A stretch of DNA of 64,000 nt from Minisyncoccota bacterium (lineage in GTDB: Bacteria > Patescibacteriota > Minisyncoccia > UBA6257 > GWB1-50-10): assembly GCA_020059585.1 (NCBI GenBank), contig JAGVBU010000003.1, positions 879-64,878 of the forward strand, in the 5' to 3' direction. Shown one piece after another: positions 8,711-18,102 of the stretch; within the stretch, counting starts at the first letter, position 1; each line of letters opens with the position of its first letter. Below the pieces are notes generated by a model. It was not told the DNA's origin, did not search any database, and saw nothing but the letters and a program-made list of their open reading frames with translations. The position numbers and the translations under genes were made by a program.

Positions 8711-11692
8711 ATGATGAGAAAAGAGGAAAAGTTCGACGAGTTATACAAGAAACTGAATCCAGCGCAAAAGGAGGCAGTGGACGCGGTTGAGGGTCCTGTC
8801 ATGGTAGTTGCGGGACCGGGAACGGGGAAGACCCAGATATTAACCCTCCGTATCGCGAATATTCTTCGAAAAACCGATGCGCAGCCCGGAAATATTCTTG
8901 CGCTCACTTTTACGGAATCGGCGACGGTATCCATGCGGCGTCGTCTTGTAGATATTATCGGAGGTGCGGCGTATTCGGTTGTTATCGGGACATTTCACGG
9001 GTTTTGTAACGATGTCATTCGGAATTATCCGGAGGAATTTCCGCGCATTATCGGCTCGCAGAACATTACCGAGATTGATCAGGTACGCATCCTCGAATCG
9101 ATCATTAATGCGATGCCGCTCAAGGAACTGAAGCCGTTCGGCGATCCGATGCATTATCTGCGTTCTGTTCTCTCGAATATAAACACGCTCAAGCAGGAGG
9201 GTGTGAGTGTTGACGTATTTAAGAAAACGGTGACACAGGAGCGGATTGAGTTTGATGCGCATGAAGAGAAATTCCATGTAAAGGGACCGCATGCGGGGAA
9301 GATGAAAGGGGAGTTTCAGCGTCAGGAGAAGCAGATAAAAAAGAATGAGGAGCTGGTGACGGTGTATCGCGAATATCAAAAAGAGCTTGCGCGCGCAAAA
9401 TATTACGATTGGAGCGATATGATCATCGAGGTCTATGAGGCGCTTCTGCGGAACAGCGATCTTCTTCTTATGCTTCAGGAAAAGCACCAATATATTCTTG
9501 TTGACGAACATCAAGACACAAACAATGCCCAAAACAAGATTCTTGAGCTTCTTGCGAATTACTACGAGAACCCGAACATTTTCGTCGTGGGGGACGAAAA
9601 ACAGGCGATATTCAGGTTTCAGGGAGCGTCGCTTGAGAATTTTTTGTATTTCAAGGAGAAATATCCCGACGCAAGAATGATCACGCTTGAGGAAAATTAC
9701 CGTTCAACGCAGTCGATTCTTGACTCCGCACATAGTCTCATTGAGAGCGAGAAGCGCCTAAAGGCGAACGCATCCCATGATGAGCGGAATATAATGCTTT
9801 TTTCTTTTTCCCGTCCGGAAGTCGAATATTTCTTTCTTGCGGATCATATTGCAAAACGGATTCGGGGCGGTGTTCATCCGCATGAAATTGCGGTCATATA
9901 CCGTGATAATCGAGATGTGTTTCCGGTCGCGCATGTGTTTGAGAAGCATACAATCCCTTTTGCGATTGAATCCGATCAGAACATTCTTGAGGATATAGAC
10001 ATAAAAAAACTCCTCCTCTTGTTTCGCGCGGTGGAACATTTCGGAAAAGACGAACTCCTTTTCGAGGCGATGCACATCGATTTTTTCGCGATCGATTCCG
10101 TTGATATATATACGCTCATAGATTACGCGCGGAAAGAAAAAGCATCCGCGCTTTCTCTGATGCGCGCGCCGGATATTCTTGATGCAATGGGGCTCGTTTC
10201 TCTTAAAGAAGTGAAAAGATTTTTTGCGAATATGTCCGTGTGGAAATCAAAGAGCAAAAATGCCGATATCGTGACTTTTTTTGAGACGGTTGTTCGGGAA
10301 TCGGGTTTTCTTTCTCATATTCTCTCCCTTCCCGATTCGGTGGAAAAAATGGATAAGCTTATTGCTCTTTTTGATGAAGTAAAGTCACTCGCCGAAGTGC
10401 ACCGCGGAATGACGCTTGGAAAGTTTATTGAATATCTCGACACGCTCGATGCGCACAATGTTTCAATAAAAAAAGGCGGTGCTCGCCACGTTGTCTCACG
10501 GGTCCGTTGTATGACCGCGCATCGGGCGAAAGGGCTCGAGTTCGAATATGTCTATATCATCAATGCGTATGACGGACACTGGGGAAACAAGAAGAAGATC
10601 AATTCACTTCCTCTTGTTCCGCGCGCGTTCTCGCTTTTCGGAAGGAGTATTGATGGAAACGAAATTGATGATGAAAGGAGGCTTTTCTATGTTGCGCTTA
10701 CCCGCGCGAAAAAGGAAATATGCGTTTCATATGCGCGTACCGACGACGGGGGAAAGGAGAAAATACCGTCGCAGTTTCTTTCCGAATTAAATTCCGCGCA
10801 TATTACCGAGGAAAAATCCGATGAATATGAGGATGCGTATGTTTCGAAGAAGTCAGAGATGTTTTCGGAATCGTTTTCCTCCGGCGTTGATGTGCGGAAC
10901 AAGGATTTTGTAAGGGATGTGTTTATGAGGAACGGACTTTCCGTCACGGGACTCAATAATTATCTTGATTGTCCGTGGAAGTATTTTTACATGAATCTTT
11001 TGAGAATTCCGAAGGCACCCGAGAAACATCAGATGTACGGCATCGCAGTGCATGGAGCGCTCAAAGATTTTTTTGAAAACCTCAAGAAAAGGGAGGTTGG
11101 AAGCGACTATCTTCTCCAGCGGTTCGAGTTTTATCTCAATCGCCAACCCCTTACGCCTAACGATTATTCCGAAACTCTTGAGAGGGGAAAAAAGGCGCTT
11201 GCGGGATATTTCGAAACCTATGCGGGGCGTTTCCATACGCGCTCACTCACTGAATTCTCGATTCAGGGCGCGCTTCTCGCTCCCGACATCCGTCTTACAG
11301 GAATTATCGATAAGATGGAAATGCTGGACGAGACGGGGAAGGTGAATGTTGTTGACTATAAGACGGGAAAACCGAAATCGCGCGGAACGATAGAGGGCGC
11401 CACGAAATCATCCGACGGCGGAATCAAACGCCAGCTTTTGTTCTATCGTCTTTTGCTCGAGCTCTATAAAGAAGGAGGAAAGTTCACTATGGTTTCCGGG
11501 GATATCGACTTTGTCGAGCCGGATGAGAAGGGGAGATATAAAAAAGAACACTTCGATATTGTCGAGGGGGATGTGGAGGAATTAAGACAGCTCATTCTCA
11601 CGGTCTCCAAAGAGATTCTTGAACTTTCTTTTTGGGACAGATTTTGTGATGAACCGAAGTGCGAATTCTGCGAACTCCGAAGGATGATGTGA
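8711..11692 (+). CDS. UvrD/PcrA-type SF1 helicase fused to a C-terminal PD-(D/E)XK nuclease with 4 Cys (AdnA/AdnB-like)
   Basis: AGPGTGKT, VDEHQD, VGDEKQAIF, ENYRS, HRAKGLEF, ERRLFYVALTRA; then YLDCPWKY, GIIDK...VDYKTG, CDEPKCEFC. Confidence 0.92.
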   Translation: MMRKEEKFDELYKKLNPAQKEAVDAVEGPVMVVAGPGTGKTQILTLRIANILRKTDAQPGNILALTFTESATVSMRRRLVDIIGGAAYSVVIGTFHGFCNDVIRNYPEEFPRIIGSQNITEIDQVRILESIINAMPLKELKPFGDPMHYLRSVLSNINTLKQEGVSVDVFKKTVTQERIEFDAHEEKFHVKGPHAGKMKGEFQRQEKQIKKNEELVTVYREYQKELARAKYYDWSDMIIEVYEALLRNSDLLLMLQEKHQYILVDEHQDTNNAQNKILELLANYYENPNIFVVGDEKQAIFRFQGASLENFLYFKEKYPDARMITLEENYRSTQSILDSAHSLIESEKRLKANASHDERNIMLFSFSRPEVEYFFLADHIAKRIRGGVHPHEIAVIYRDNRDVFPVAHVFEKHTIPFAIESDQNILEDIDIKKLLLLFRAVEHFGKDELLFEAMHIDFFAIDSVDIYTLIDYARKEKASALSLMRAPDILDAMGLVSLKEVKRFFANMSVWKSKSKNADIVTFFETVVRESGFLSHILSLPDSVEKMDKLIALFDEVKSLAEVHRGMTLGKFIEYLDTLDAHNVSIKKGGARHVVSRVRCMTAHRAKGLEFEYVYIINAYDGHWGNKKKINSLPLVPRAFSLFGRSIDGNEIDDERRLFYVALTRAKKEICVSYARTDDGGKEKIPSQFLSELNSAHITEEKSDEYEDAYVSKKSEMFSESFSSGVDVRNKDFVRDVFMRNGLSVTGLNNYLDCPWKYFYMNLLRIPKAPEKHQMYGIAVHGALKDFFENLKKREVGSDYLLQRFEFYLNRQPLTPNDYSETLERGKKALAGYFETYAGRFHTRSLTEFSIQGALLAPDIRLTGIIDKMEMLDETGKVNVVDYKTGKPKSRGTIEGATKSSDGGIKRQLLFYRLLLELYKEGGKFTMVSGDIDFVEPDEKGRYKKEHFDIVEGDVEELRQLILTVSKEILELSFWDRFCDEPKCEFCELRRMM

Positions 11693-11708
11693 CGCAATAA
11701 AAATTCCG

Positions 11709-12038
11709 CTATTTATGGAGCGGAATTTTTGATGCAAGTTCCTTATGCTTCTTTCTTTTTTGCACACGCACCGCGATATAGGTACCAAGCCATCCTCCGA
11801 TGACGATGGGGACGGTATAGAGAAAATTTTCAACATAGCTTAATACACCGACCGCGCCGATGATATAGAGCACGGAGCCGAACGACGCGGCGCGTCCTGC
11901 TTTGAGGTCGGTAACCGAGATCATATAGTACGCGTAGAGCACGTCATACACGAAATAAGCGACGAATACTCCGGCGACAAGAAGAAAGTCGAGATCATTC
12001 CATGCCCATAATATTTTTTCTATGAGGGATGCGGTCAT
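11709..12038 (-). CDS. Small membrane protein (3-4 TM)
   Basis: Hydrophobic ORF; ATG at 12038 overlaps the upstream TGA (ATGA coupling). Confidence 0.75.
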   Translation of the reverse strand: MTASLIEKILWAWNDLDFLLVAGVFVAYFVYDVLYAYYMISVTDLKAGRAASFGSVLYIIGAVGVLSYVENFLYTVPIVIGGWLGTYIAVRVQKRKKHKELASKIPLHK

Positions 12039-12694
12039 GATAGTTTTCTTTTTTTTGCGATAATACCGATACGCGTGAGATTCGTGGGAAATTCGTTCCA
12101 CAAGAAAGGAATTACCGAAATCTCGTCAAAATTATTAATGCGGAGCATTCGCGAGAATTCTTCGGGAGCGATAACGGGGAAATTGAAAATAGTTCCATAT
12201 GATTTTCCGATTATGCTGTTGCTCATGCCTATGTTTATGAAGCATCCTCCGGGTTTCAGTATCCGCGCGATGACGGGGAGCGAGATCTCGAGATCAGAAT
12301 GCTCCATGACCGCGCTTGCGATTACGCAATGAAATGAATCGGGCTTAATATGCGTCCACTCCTCTTTCGAGAGATACAGGATTTCTTCGGGATTATTGAC
12401 GTCCGCTTCCCCGAATTCTATGCGTTCCGGCGGAACCTTCCTCTTAAATGCGATTTTTGCCGCCGCAAGAAGCATATTAGGATCGATGTCGGTCGCGGTG
12501 ATGTGCGCGTTCGGGAAACGCTCAAGGAGCGTAAAACTTGCGATTGCGGTGCCGCATCCTATTTCAAGGATTTCTGGATATGGGGGGAGCGCGATAGGGA
12601 GGCGCATGATGTATTTTTTCAATCCGCGTTCAAGTCCGCTTATTTTCATGCCCGCATTCCACAGCCCAGACACTTTTGTGTACGGTGTTTCCAT
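12035..12694 (-). CDS. Class I SAM-dependent methyltransferase
   Basis: ILEIGCGTA motif I; TDID; RILKPGG. Confidence 0.88.
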   Translation of the reverse strand: METPYTKVSGLWNAGMKISGLERGLKKYIMRLPIALPPYPEILEIGCGTAIASFTLLERFPNAHITATDIDPNMLLAAAKIAFKRKVPPERIEFGEADVNNPEEILYLSKEEWTHIKPDSFHCVIASAVMEHSDLEISLPVIARILKPGGCFINIGMSNSIIGKSYGTIFNFPVIAPEEFSRMLRINNFDEISVIPFLWNEFPTNLTRIGIIAKKRKLS

Positions 12695-12790
12695 ATGTTT
12701 CTATTATAGTCCAAAAAAATAATATTGACAAATATATAAAATATTTGTATCGTATACACAGATGTTTTTATAAAGGATTTGGAGCACGCA

Positions 12791-13234
12791 ATGAGGAAGA
12801 ATATCGCGCAGATCTTCTTTAATCATATGGGATATCCGCGAGACGTGGAGGATTTTCTCCTTCCTTACGTGATACGCTCTCTTGTGGTTTTAGAAGGTAT
12901 GTTTAAGGAAGAGGTTACTCTTCTTTCCCTTTGTAAATGTAAGCTTCGGTTTATCACGTTCCTCAAGGAACACGCCTTGGAAGATATGAAGAAGCGGGGT
13001 ATGCATACCCAGTGTACGCGTCTTTTTGATCTTGAAACAAAGCTACGAGAAGTGATTGACACGCTTCCCGAAATTTCGAAAAGAACGCCATATTTTGAGG
13101 ATTTCTTTTTCTCGTTCGGACGTGAGGGCGCGGGCATCGGACTTACGGAATCGAATATGAAGTCCTATATGAATGGGACTTTGAAAATCATCGACATTAT
13201 CGAGTCTCAGCCAGAAATTGTGTTTCGGGTGTAA
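12791..13234 (+). CDS. Hypothetical protein (orphan cassette)
   Basis: ORF with GGAG SD; TTGACA-N17-TATCGT at 12725-12753; hairpin terminator downstream. Confidence 0.65.
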   Translation: MRKNIAQIFFNHMGYPRDVEDFLLPYVIRSLVVLEGMFKEEVTLLSLCKCKLRFITFLKEHALEDMKKRGMHTQCTRLFDLETKLREVIDTLPEISKRTPYFEDFFFSFGREGAGIGLTESNMKSYMNGTLKIIDIIESQPEIVFRV

Positions 13235-13268
13235 ATTCTAAGAATTATAACGCACGTTTTATTGTGCG

Positions 13269-14243
13269 TTATTTTTTTATCTTCTCGTCTTTTATTCCGT
13301 TTAATATGCGTTGCATTTCCTTAATATCTTTGTCGTCAATGACTGAAACAGGGAGCACTGTTTTTTTTATCTTCTCGGAAAGTTTTTTCGCTTTAAGAAT
13401 TGTTTCTTTCTCTGGGGGGATATCTTTTTTTGAAAGGAATACATATTCATCTTTTTCCGCAAGTGCGGGATTATATTTTGAAAGTTCTTTCCGTATCGTA
13501 TCGTAGTCTTTTTTTGGGTTATCACTTTCCGCTGAAATGAAATGAAAGAGGACGCGTGTCCGCTCGATATGCCGGAGGAATTTTATACCAAGCCCCTTTC
13601 CTTCGTGCGCACCCTCAATAAGTCCGGGAATATCCGCGAGAATAAGTTCATAGTACACACCAAGGTGCGGCTCAAGCGTAGTGAATTGGTAATTCGCCAC
13701 TTTGCTTTTCGCGTTTGTGAGCGTGTTGAGCCAGCTCGATTTTCCCACGTTGGGAAGTCCGATGAGTCCCACATCAGCGATCATTTTAAGTTCAAGACGG
13801 AGCGTAAAATGTTCTCCGGGAGTTCCCGGCTGGAACTCTTTGGGAGATGTGTTGCGCGGCGATCGGAAATGGAAATTTCCTTTTCCCCCTGATCCACCGC
13901 GCGCAAGAAGAATCCGTTCTCCGATTTTCGTGATTTCATCGCGGGATGAATTTGTGAGGTTATAAATGACGGTTCCGACGGGAACCTCAATGATGGAATC
14001 TTTTCCAGTGGTGCCATCGCGGAACTGTGATCGTCCCTCTCCTCCTTTTTCCGCCTCTATTTTCTTTTTGTATCTGAAATGATTGAGCGCCCCCAAGTCA
14101 GCGACGCCTTCGGCGTAGATGCTCCCTCCGTTTCCTCCGCGTCCTCCGGAGGGCCCTATGGCGAGTTTATTCTTATCAAATGCAACTGCGCCACGTCCCC
14201 CCGCGCCTCCTTTTATTTCGATTGTTACGTCATCTATCAGCAT
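13269..14243 (-). CDS. obgE: GTPase ObgE/CgtA (no C-terminal OCT domain)
   Basis: Gly-rich Obg fold; GLPNVGKS, YQFTTLEP, DIPGLIEGA, GLGIKFLRHIER. Confidence 0.96.
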   Translation of the reverse strand: MLIDDVTIEIKGGAGGRGAVAFDKNKLAIGPSGGRGGNGGSIYAEGVADLGALNHFRYKKKIEAEKGGEGRSQFRDGTTGKDSIIEVPVGTVIYNLTNSSRDEITKIGERILLARGGSGGKGNFHFRSPRNTSPKEFQPGTPGEHFTLRLELKMIADVGLIGLPNVGKSSWLNTLTNAKSKVANYQFTTLEPHLGVYYELILADIPGLIEGAHEGKGLGIKFLRHIERTRVLFHFISAESDNPKKDYDTIRKELSKYNPALAEKDEYVFLSKKDIPPEKETILKAKKLSEKIKKTVLPVSVIDDKDIKEMQRILNGIKDEKIKK

Positions 14244-14344
14244 GCTTTGATTGTATGCAATTTAGAGGATATGCGCCATTTGCGCGCTGTGATGTTCTGT
14301 TGTACGGTATGGATAGATTTTAAACAACACGAAAGAGGTATGCG

Positions 14345-14908
14345 ATGAAAGTCATAGGGATAGTGGGAGAAAAAGCGAGCGGAAAAGAGACGTGGGGCAA
14401 TCTTCTTTTCGAGTTTCTCGACGCGGAAGGAAGTACATACACGAGAATCCGATCCTCTGATATCCTGAACGAAACTTTGAACTTGTGGCACATTCCCTCG
14501 ACGCGAGAGAATCTCCAAAAGCTTCCTGTGGGAATGGAATCCATGTTCGGCGAAGGATCGTTGACGCGTGCGGTAGAGGCGCGTATCAGATCATTGGCTT
14601 CCGATATCGTCATTTTCGACGGAGTGCGATGGTATTCTGACGTGGCAATGATACGTTCTTTTCCCGATAATCTTCTTATATACGTAACCGCATGCGTAGA
14701 TACGAGATTCATGCGCATACGGAACAGAAAAGAGAAGGTGGGGGAATTTGGTATCTCATACGAGCAGTTTCTTAAAGAAGAACGCGCGGCAACGGAGATA
14801 CATATTCCCAAAATCGGAAAAGGTGCCGATTATACATTTGAAAATAACGGAGACGTGCTTGAATTTTCTGGATCCATTGGGGATTTTTATCAGTCGGCTA
14901 TTCGTTAA
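14345..14908 (+). CDS. P-loop kinase (dephospho-CoA/nucleotide kinase-like)
   Basis: IGIVGEKASGKET Walker A; IFDGVR; ADYTFENNG; GAGGT SD. Confidence 0.8.
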   Translation: MKVIGIVGEKASGKETWGNLLFEFLDAEGSTYTRIRSSDILNETLNLWHIPSTRENLQKLPVGMESMFGEGSLTRAVEARIRSLASDIVIFDGVRWYSDVAMIRSFPDNLLIYVTACVDTRFMRIRNRKEKVGEFGISYEQFLKEERAATEIHIPKIGKGADYTFENNGDVLEFSGSIGDFYQSAIR

Positions 14909-14936
14909 TAGCCGATTTTTATATTTTCACACGGGG

Positions 14937-14965
14937 TTGACCCGGATACGCCTTTCCTATACACT
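14937..14965 (+). promoter_or_regulatory. sigma70-type promoter for the tRNA-like RNA
   Basis: TTGACC-N17-TACACT. Confidence 0.6.
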
Positions 14966-14985
14966 CCACTTTGGAAAATATATTA

Positions 14986-15055
14986 CGGGGTATGAGAGAA
15001 TCGAGGCGTCTTATCTGCAGTAAGACACCTGTGGGATCAATTCCCGCTACCCCGA
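14986..15055 (+). ncRNA. Non-canonical tRNA-like RNA (70 nt)
   Basis: Acceptor CGGGGTA/TACCCCG+A; T-arm GTGGG-ATCAATT-CCCGC; central stem AGGCGTCTTA/TAAGACACCT with loop TCTGCAG; no D-stem. Confidence 0.6.
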
Positions 15056-15068
15056 CGAAATCCATCTA

Positions 15069-15101
15069 AAACCCTCTGCGTCGCAGGGGGTTTACTTTTT
15101 T
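15069..15101 (+). terminator. Intrinsic terminator after the tRNA-like RNA
   Basis: AAACCCTCTGCG-T-CGCAGGGGGTTT followed by ACTTTTTT. Confidence 0.7.
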
Positions 15102-15169
15102 ATATTTATGATGTATAATATAAGATAGTAATAATTGATTTTTATATAACCTTAAAAAAGGAATATGCC

Positions 15170-15817
15170 ATGAATACGTCAGTGCAGTGGTTTGAAGAGA
15201 ATCTTTCTTCGATTTTCAGCGACGCGTCGGTTCGTGATCAGATGCGTTACGCGAAATTGCTTCGCACCGCGCTCAAATTGCGAAAAATAAAGAATCACCC
15301 CTATTTCGAGGTAATTACAGCGGCACTTTATGAATTTTCTCATTGTTCCCAGAGATCCGATTATATGCCGGTGCTTGAGATACAGAATACCGCATATCTT
15401 TTTGACGGACTTCTCGATGAGGAAGCATCTTCGATTGATGCGATTCTTGAGAATTTCTTCCCGGGAGAAATACGGACTATTCGAGATTTCTTCGCGAAGA
15501 AATTCGAAGCGCCCGTCATTAATCTCTATAACGCTCCCGAAGAAGATCTTTCCGAAGAGGAGAGAATCTATGAGGCGATGAGAGAGGCATCAAATGTTGA
15601 TAATTTTGACGATTTTAAGATTCTCAAAAGTGGTCTTAAGATTGGAGAGATATTTGATGCATTCGAGGAATATTTTGCTTTTGAACCTCTTCATCCGCTT
15701 ACGGGTATCGAACGGAAGGAACGATATGGACAAATGATCGTTCGCCGCGGAAAAGAGCGGATTCTTATTACCGCAACACCGGGACAGAGCGAATCATATA
15801 TCAGTATTGTGAAATAA
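15170..15817 (+). CDS. Hypothetical protein (orphan)
   Basis: 215-aa acidic ORF, AAGGA upstream, AT-rich promoter region, downstream hairpin. Confidence 0.7.
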   Translation: MNTSVQWFEENLSSIFSDASVRDQMRYAKLLRTALKLRKIKNHPYFEVITAALYEFSHCSQRSDYMPVLEIQNTAYLFDGLLDEEASSIDAILENFFPGEIRTIRDFFAKKFEAPVINLYNAPEEDLSEEERIYEAMREASNVDNFDDFKILKSGLKIGEIFDAFEEYFAFEPLHPLTGIERKERYGQMIVRRGKERILITATPGQSESYISIVK

Positions 15818-15960
15818 GTTTCACGACGTGCGCAGAAATGCGCGCGTTTTTTATTGAATAAATCGATTTTTTGTGGTATATTCTGCCCGACAGGTTGCGA
15901 TATATTCGCGCGGCAATTCACGAATTTAAGGGCTGTTTCGAGAGATTTGCCCACCTCTAT

Positions 15961-16833
15961 ATGAATAATTTTTCAATACTCTCCACATTTCCGGAAAAGG
16001 ACTATGAGCTTCTGGATAGCGGGGAGCGCGACAAGCTTGAACGCTATGGGTCCGTGGTGCTTTCGCGCCCCGATCCGCAGGCATTATGGCCGAAACGGCT
16101 TCCTGAATCTGAATGGGAAAAGCGGGACGGCGCGTTTGTGCGCGCGAAAGTGGGCGCGCGGTGGGTATTCAAATCGGGAGTCCCTGAAAAATGGAGTATT
16201 GAGCTTGGCGGATTGCGTTTCTGGATTCGTCCGAGCGCGTTTAAACATACCGGTGTATTTCCGGAACAGGTACCCAATTGGGAATGGATAGAAAAGAAAA
16301 TTTCCGGGGCGGGGAGAACCGTGTCGGTGTTAAACCTTTTCGGATATACCGGTGGGGCGACGCTTGCGGCGGCAAAGGCGGGAGCGGAGGTATGTCATGT
16401 TGACGGTTCGCGTGTGGCGATTGGATGGGCGCGAGATAATGCCGCGCTTTCCGGACTTTCCGAAAAGCCCGTGAGATGGATATTGGACGATGCGCTTGCC
16501 TTTGTAAAAAAAGAAATAAAACGCGAAAAGAAATATGACGCGATCATTATGGATCCTCCCGCGTTTGGCCATGGACCGAAACAGGAGCTTTGGAAGATAG
16601 AGACCCATATGCTTGAATTACTTTCGGCGACCTATAATATACTTTCCGAGAACCCCCTTTTCTTTCTTGTGAACGGCTATGCGTCGGGATATTCGGCGCT
16701 TGCGTACAAGAACAATCTTGACGCGCTCACTGCCCGGTTCGGAGGGCGCGTTTCGATGGGTGAACTTTCCATCAAAGAAAGCGGAAGCGAACGCCTTCTG
16801 CCCGCAGGCATATTCGCGCGCTGGGAAAAATAA
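15961..16833 (+). CDS. SAM-dependent methyltransferase, RlmI/RlmK-like
   Basis: YELLDSG, KHTGVFPEQ, VLNLFGYTGG, IIMDPPAFG; start at MNNFS. Confidence 0.88.
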   Translation: MNNFSILSTFPEKDYELLDSGERDKLERYGSVVLSRPDPQALWPKRLPESEWEKRDGAFVRAKVGARWVFKSGVPEKWSIELGGLRFWIRPSAFKHTGVFPEQVPNWEWIEKKISGAGRTVSVLNLFGYTGGATLAAAKAGAEVCHVDGSRVAIGWARDNAALSGLSEKPVRWILDDALAFVKKEIKREKKYDAIIMDPPAFGHGPKQELWKIETHMLELLSATYNILSENPLFFLVNGYASGYSALAYKNNLDALTARFGGRVSMGELSIKESGSERLLPAGIFARWEK

Positions 16834-16842
16834 AGATTATAT

Positions 16843-17499
16843 ATGCTCCGCATACTCTACGAAGACAACCATCTTATTGCCGTATTGAAGCCCGCGGGCG
16901 TTCTGACGCAAGGTGACCGGAGTGGAGAGGAAAGTCTCATGGAGATGGTGAAGAAATATCTGAAGGAAAAATATCAGAAGAAGGGGAATGTATTTTTGGG
17001 GCTCCTCCACCGCCTTGATCGTCCCGTGGAGGGAATTGTGCTTTTTGCAAAAACGAGCAAGGGAGCATCGCGGCTTTCCGAGCAGATACGCGAACGGCGT
17101 ATAAGGAAAATATATCATGCGATTGTATCGGGTATGCCTCGGGAGAAGAGGGGTATACTTGTGGACTTTCTCGAAAAGGATACGGCGCGGCTCAAGGCGC
17201 GCAGATCCGAGAAAGGCGTTCGCGCCGAGCTTGCGTATGAAACGATCCGTATGGGAAAAAAATATTCGCTTGTGAGAATAGACCTGAAAACGGGAAAATT
17301 CCATCAGATCCGCGCCCAGTTTTCGCTCATGGGGTGTCCTATCGCGGGGGATGTGAAATACGGCGCGCCGGAGGCGCTTCCGGGAGATGCGATTGCGCTT
17401 GCAGAAACCGAACTCTCCTTTGAAACCGCAACAACGGAGGAGATAAAAAGAATTTCAATTCCATTTCCGAATATCTGGGAAAATCTCTTAAAAGAGTAG
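16843..17499 (+). CDS. RluA-family pseudouridine synthase
   Basis: ILYEDNHL, KPAG, HRLD, KTGKFHQIRAQ, PIAGDVKYG. Confidence 0.93.
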   Translation: MLRILYEDNHLIAVLKPAGVLTQGDRSGEESLMEMVKKYLKEKYQKKGNVFLGLLHRLDRPVEGIVLFAKTSKGASRLSEQIRERRIRKIYHAIVSGMPREKRGILVDFLEKDTARLKARRSEKGVRAELAYETIRMGKKYSLVRIDLKTGKFHQIRAQFSLMGCPIAGDVKYGAPEALPGDAIALAETELSFETATTEEIKRISIPFPNIWENLLKE

Positions 17500-17526
17500 T
17501 AATTCTCCGAAATTCCCCAAAAACAT

Positions 17527-17556
17527 CATCCACCCATTAGCGCTAATGGGTGGATG
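17527..17556. repeat. Perfect 30-bp palindrome, copy 1
   Basis: CATCCACCCATTAGC-GCTAATGGGTGGATG; identical copy at 18072-18101. Confidence 0.9.
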
Positions 17557-17620
17557 GAGAGGGTTAGGATGTGTTGAAAATAAGGGAGTTGGGTGGTAGG
17601 ATATCTCTGTTTTCTATTTT

Positions 17621-17664
17621 TATTGCCGGATTGCCTGCCTGCACAGGCAGGTCTAATGGTAGGA
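17621..17664 (+). pseudogene. 5' fragment of tRNA-Gln interrupted by an 18-bp CCTGCCTG..CAGGCAGG palindrome
   Basis: TATTGCCGGAT(T)G + CCTGCCTGCACAGGCAGG + TCTAATGGTAGGA matches the tRNA start at 17702-17727. Confidence 0.75.
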
Positions 17665-17704
17665 TAGTAATACGGGAAATAAAAGAAAATCAGAAATAAA
17701 ATAT

Positions 17705-17775
17705 TGCCGGATCGTCTAATGGTAGGACGCCTGACTCTGGATCAGGTAATTGGGGTTCGAATCCCTGTCCGGCAG
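17705..17775 (+). tRNA. trnQ: tRNA-Gln (CTG), no encoded CCA
   Basis: TGCCGGA/TCCGGCA acceptor + G73; CCTGA-CTCTGGA-TCAGG anticodon arm; TGGGG-TTCGAAT-CCCTG T-arm. Confidence 0.96.
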
Positions 17776-17944
17776 CTAATGAAAAATTGAGGCACCTCGC
17801 GTGTCTCAATTTTTTATTCTTCTGTTGATGACAGGGATTCGAACGGAACTTTTGCGCATGCGTTGCATGATGAAGCAAAAGTCCGTGGCTTCGGGGGAAC
17901 AATTTCATTTGAGCAAAGTGAATATGTAAATTGTGGGGGAGAAG

Positions 17945-17982
17945 GAATCCCTGCCTGACGGCAGGCAGGCCTGTCCGGCAGC
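17945..17982 (+). pseudogene. 3' fragment of tRNA-Gln interrupted by a 20-bp CCTGCCTG..CAGGCAGG palindrome
   Basis: GAATC + CCTGCCTGACGGCAGGCAGG + CCTGTCCGGCAGC matches the tRNA 3' end. Confidence 0.75.
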
Positions 17983-18070
17983 AGTTAGATCTTGCCATGG
18001 TGGAACGTTCGCAAAATCAACTGTCCCGATATTAATCGGGGCTTTTTGTTTTCGGGGATTCGAACTCCGA

Positions 18071-18102
18071 CCATCCACCCATTAGCGCTAATGGGTGGAT
18101 GG
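18071..18102. repeat. Perfect 32-bp palindrome, copy 2
   Basis: CCATCCACCCATTAGCGCTAATGGGTGGATGG. Confidence 0.9.

Noticed and set aside
14986-15055. Canonical tRNA-Cys(GCA) or tRNA-Ala(TGC) call
   Set aside because: GCA is off-centre in the loop and the discriminator is A, not U; no G3-U70 or U33; no D-stem; T-loop lacks TTC
17690-17998. 102-aa minus-strand ORF over tRNA-Gln
   Set aside because: Antisense translation of the tRNA and palindromic repeats
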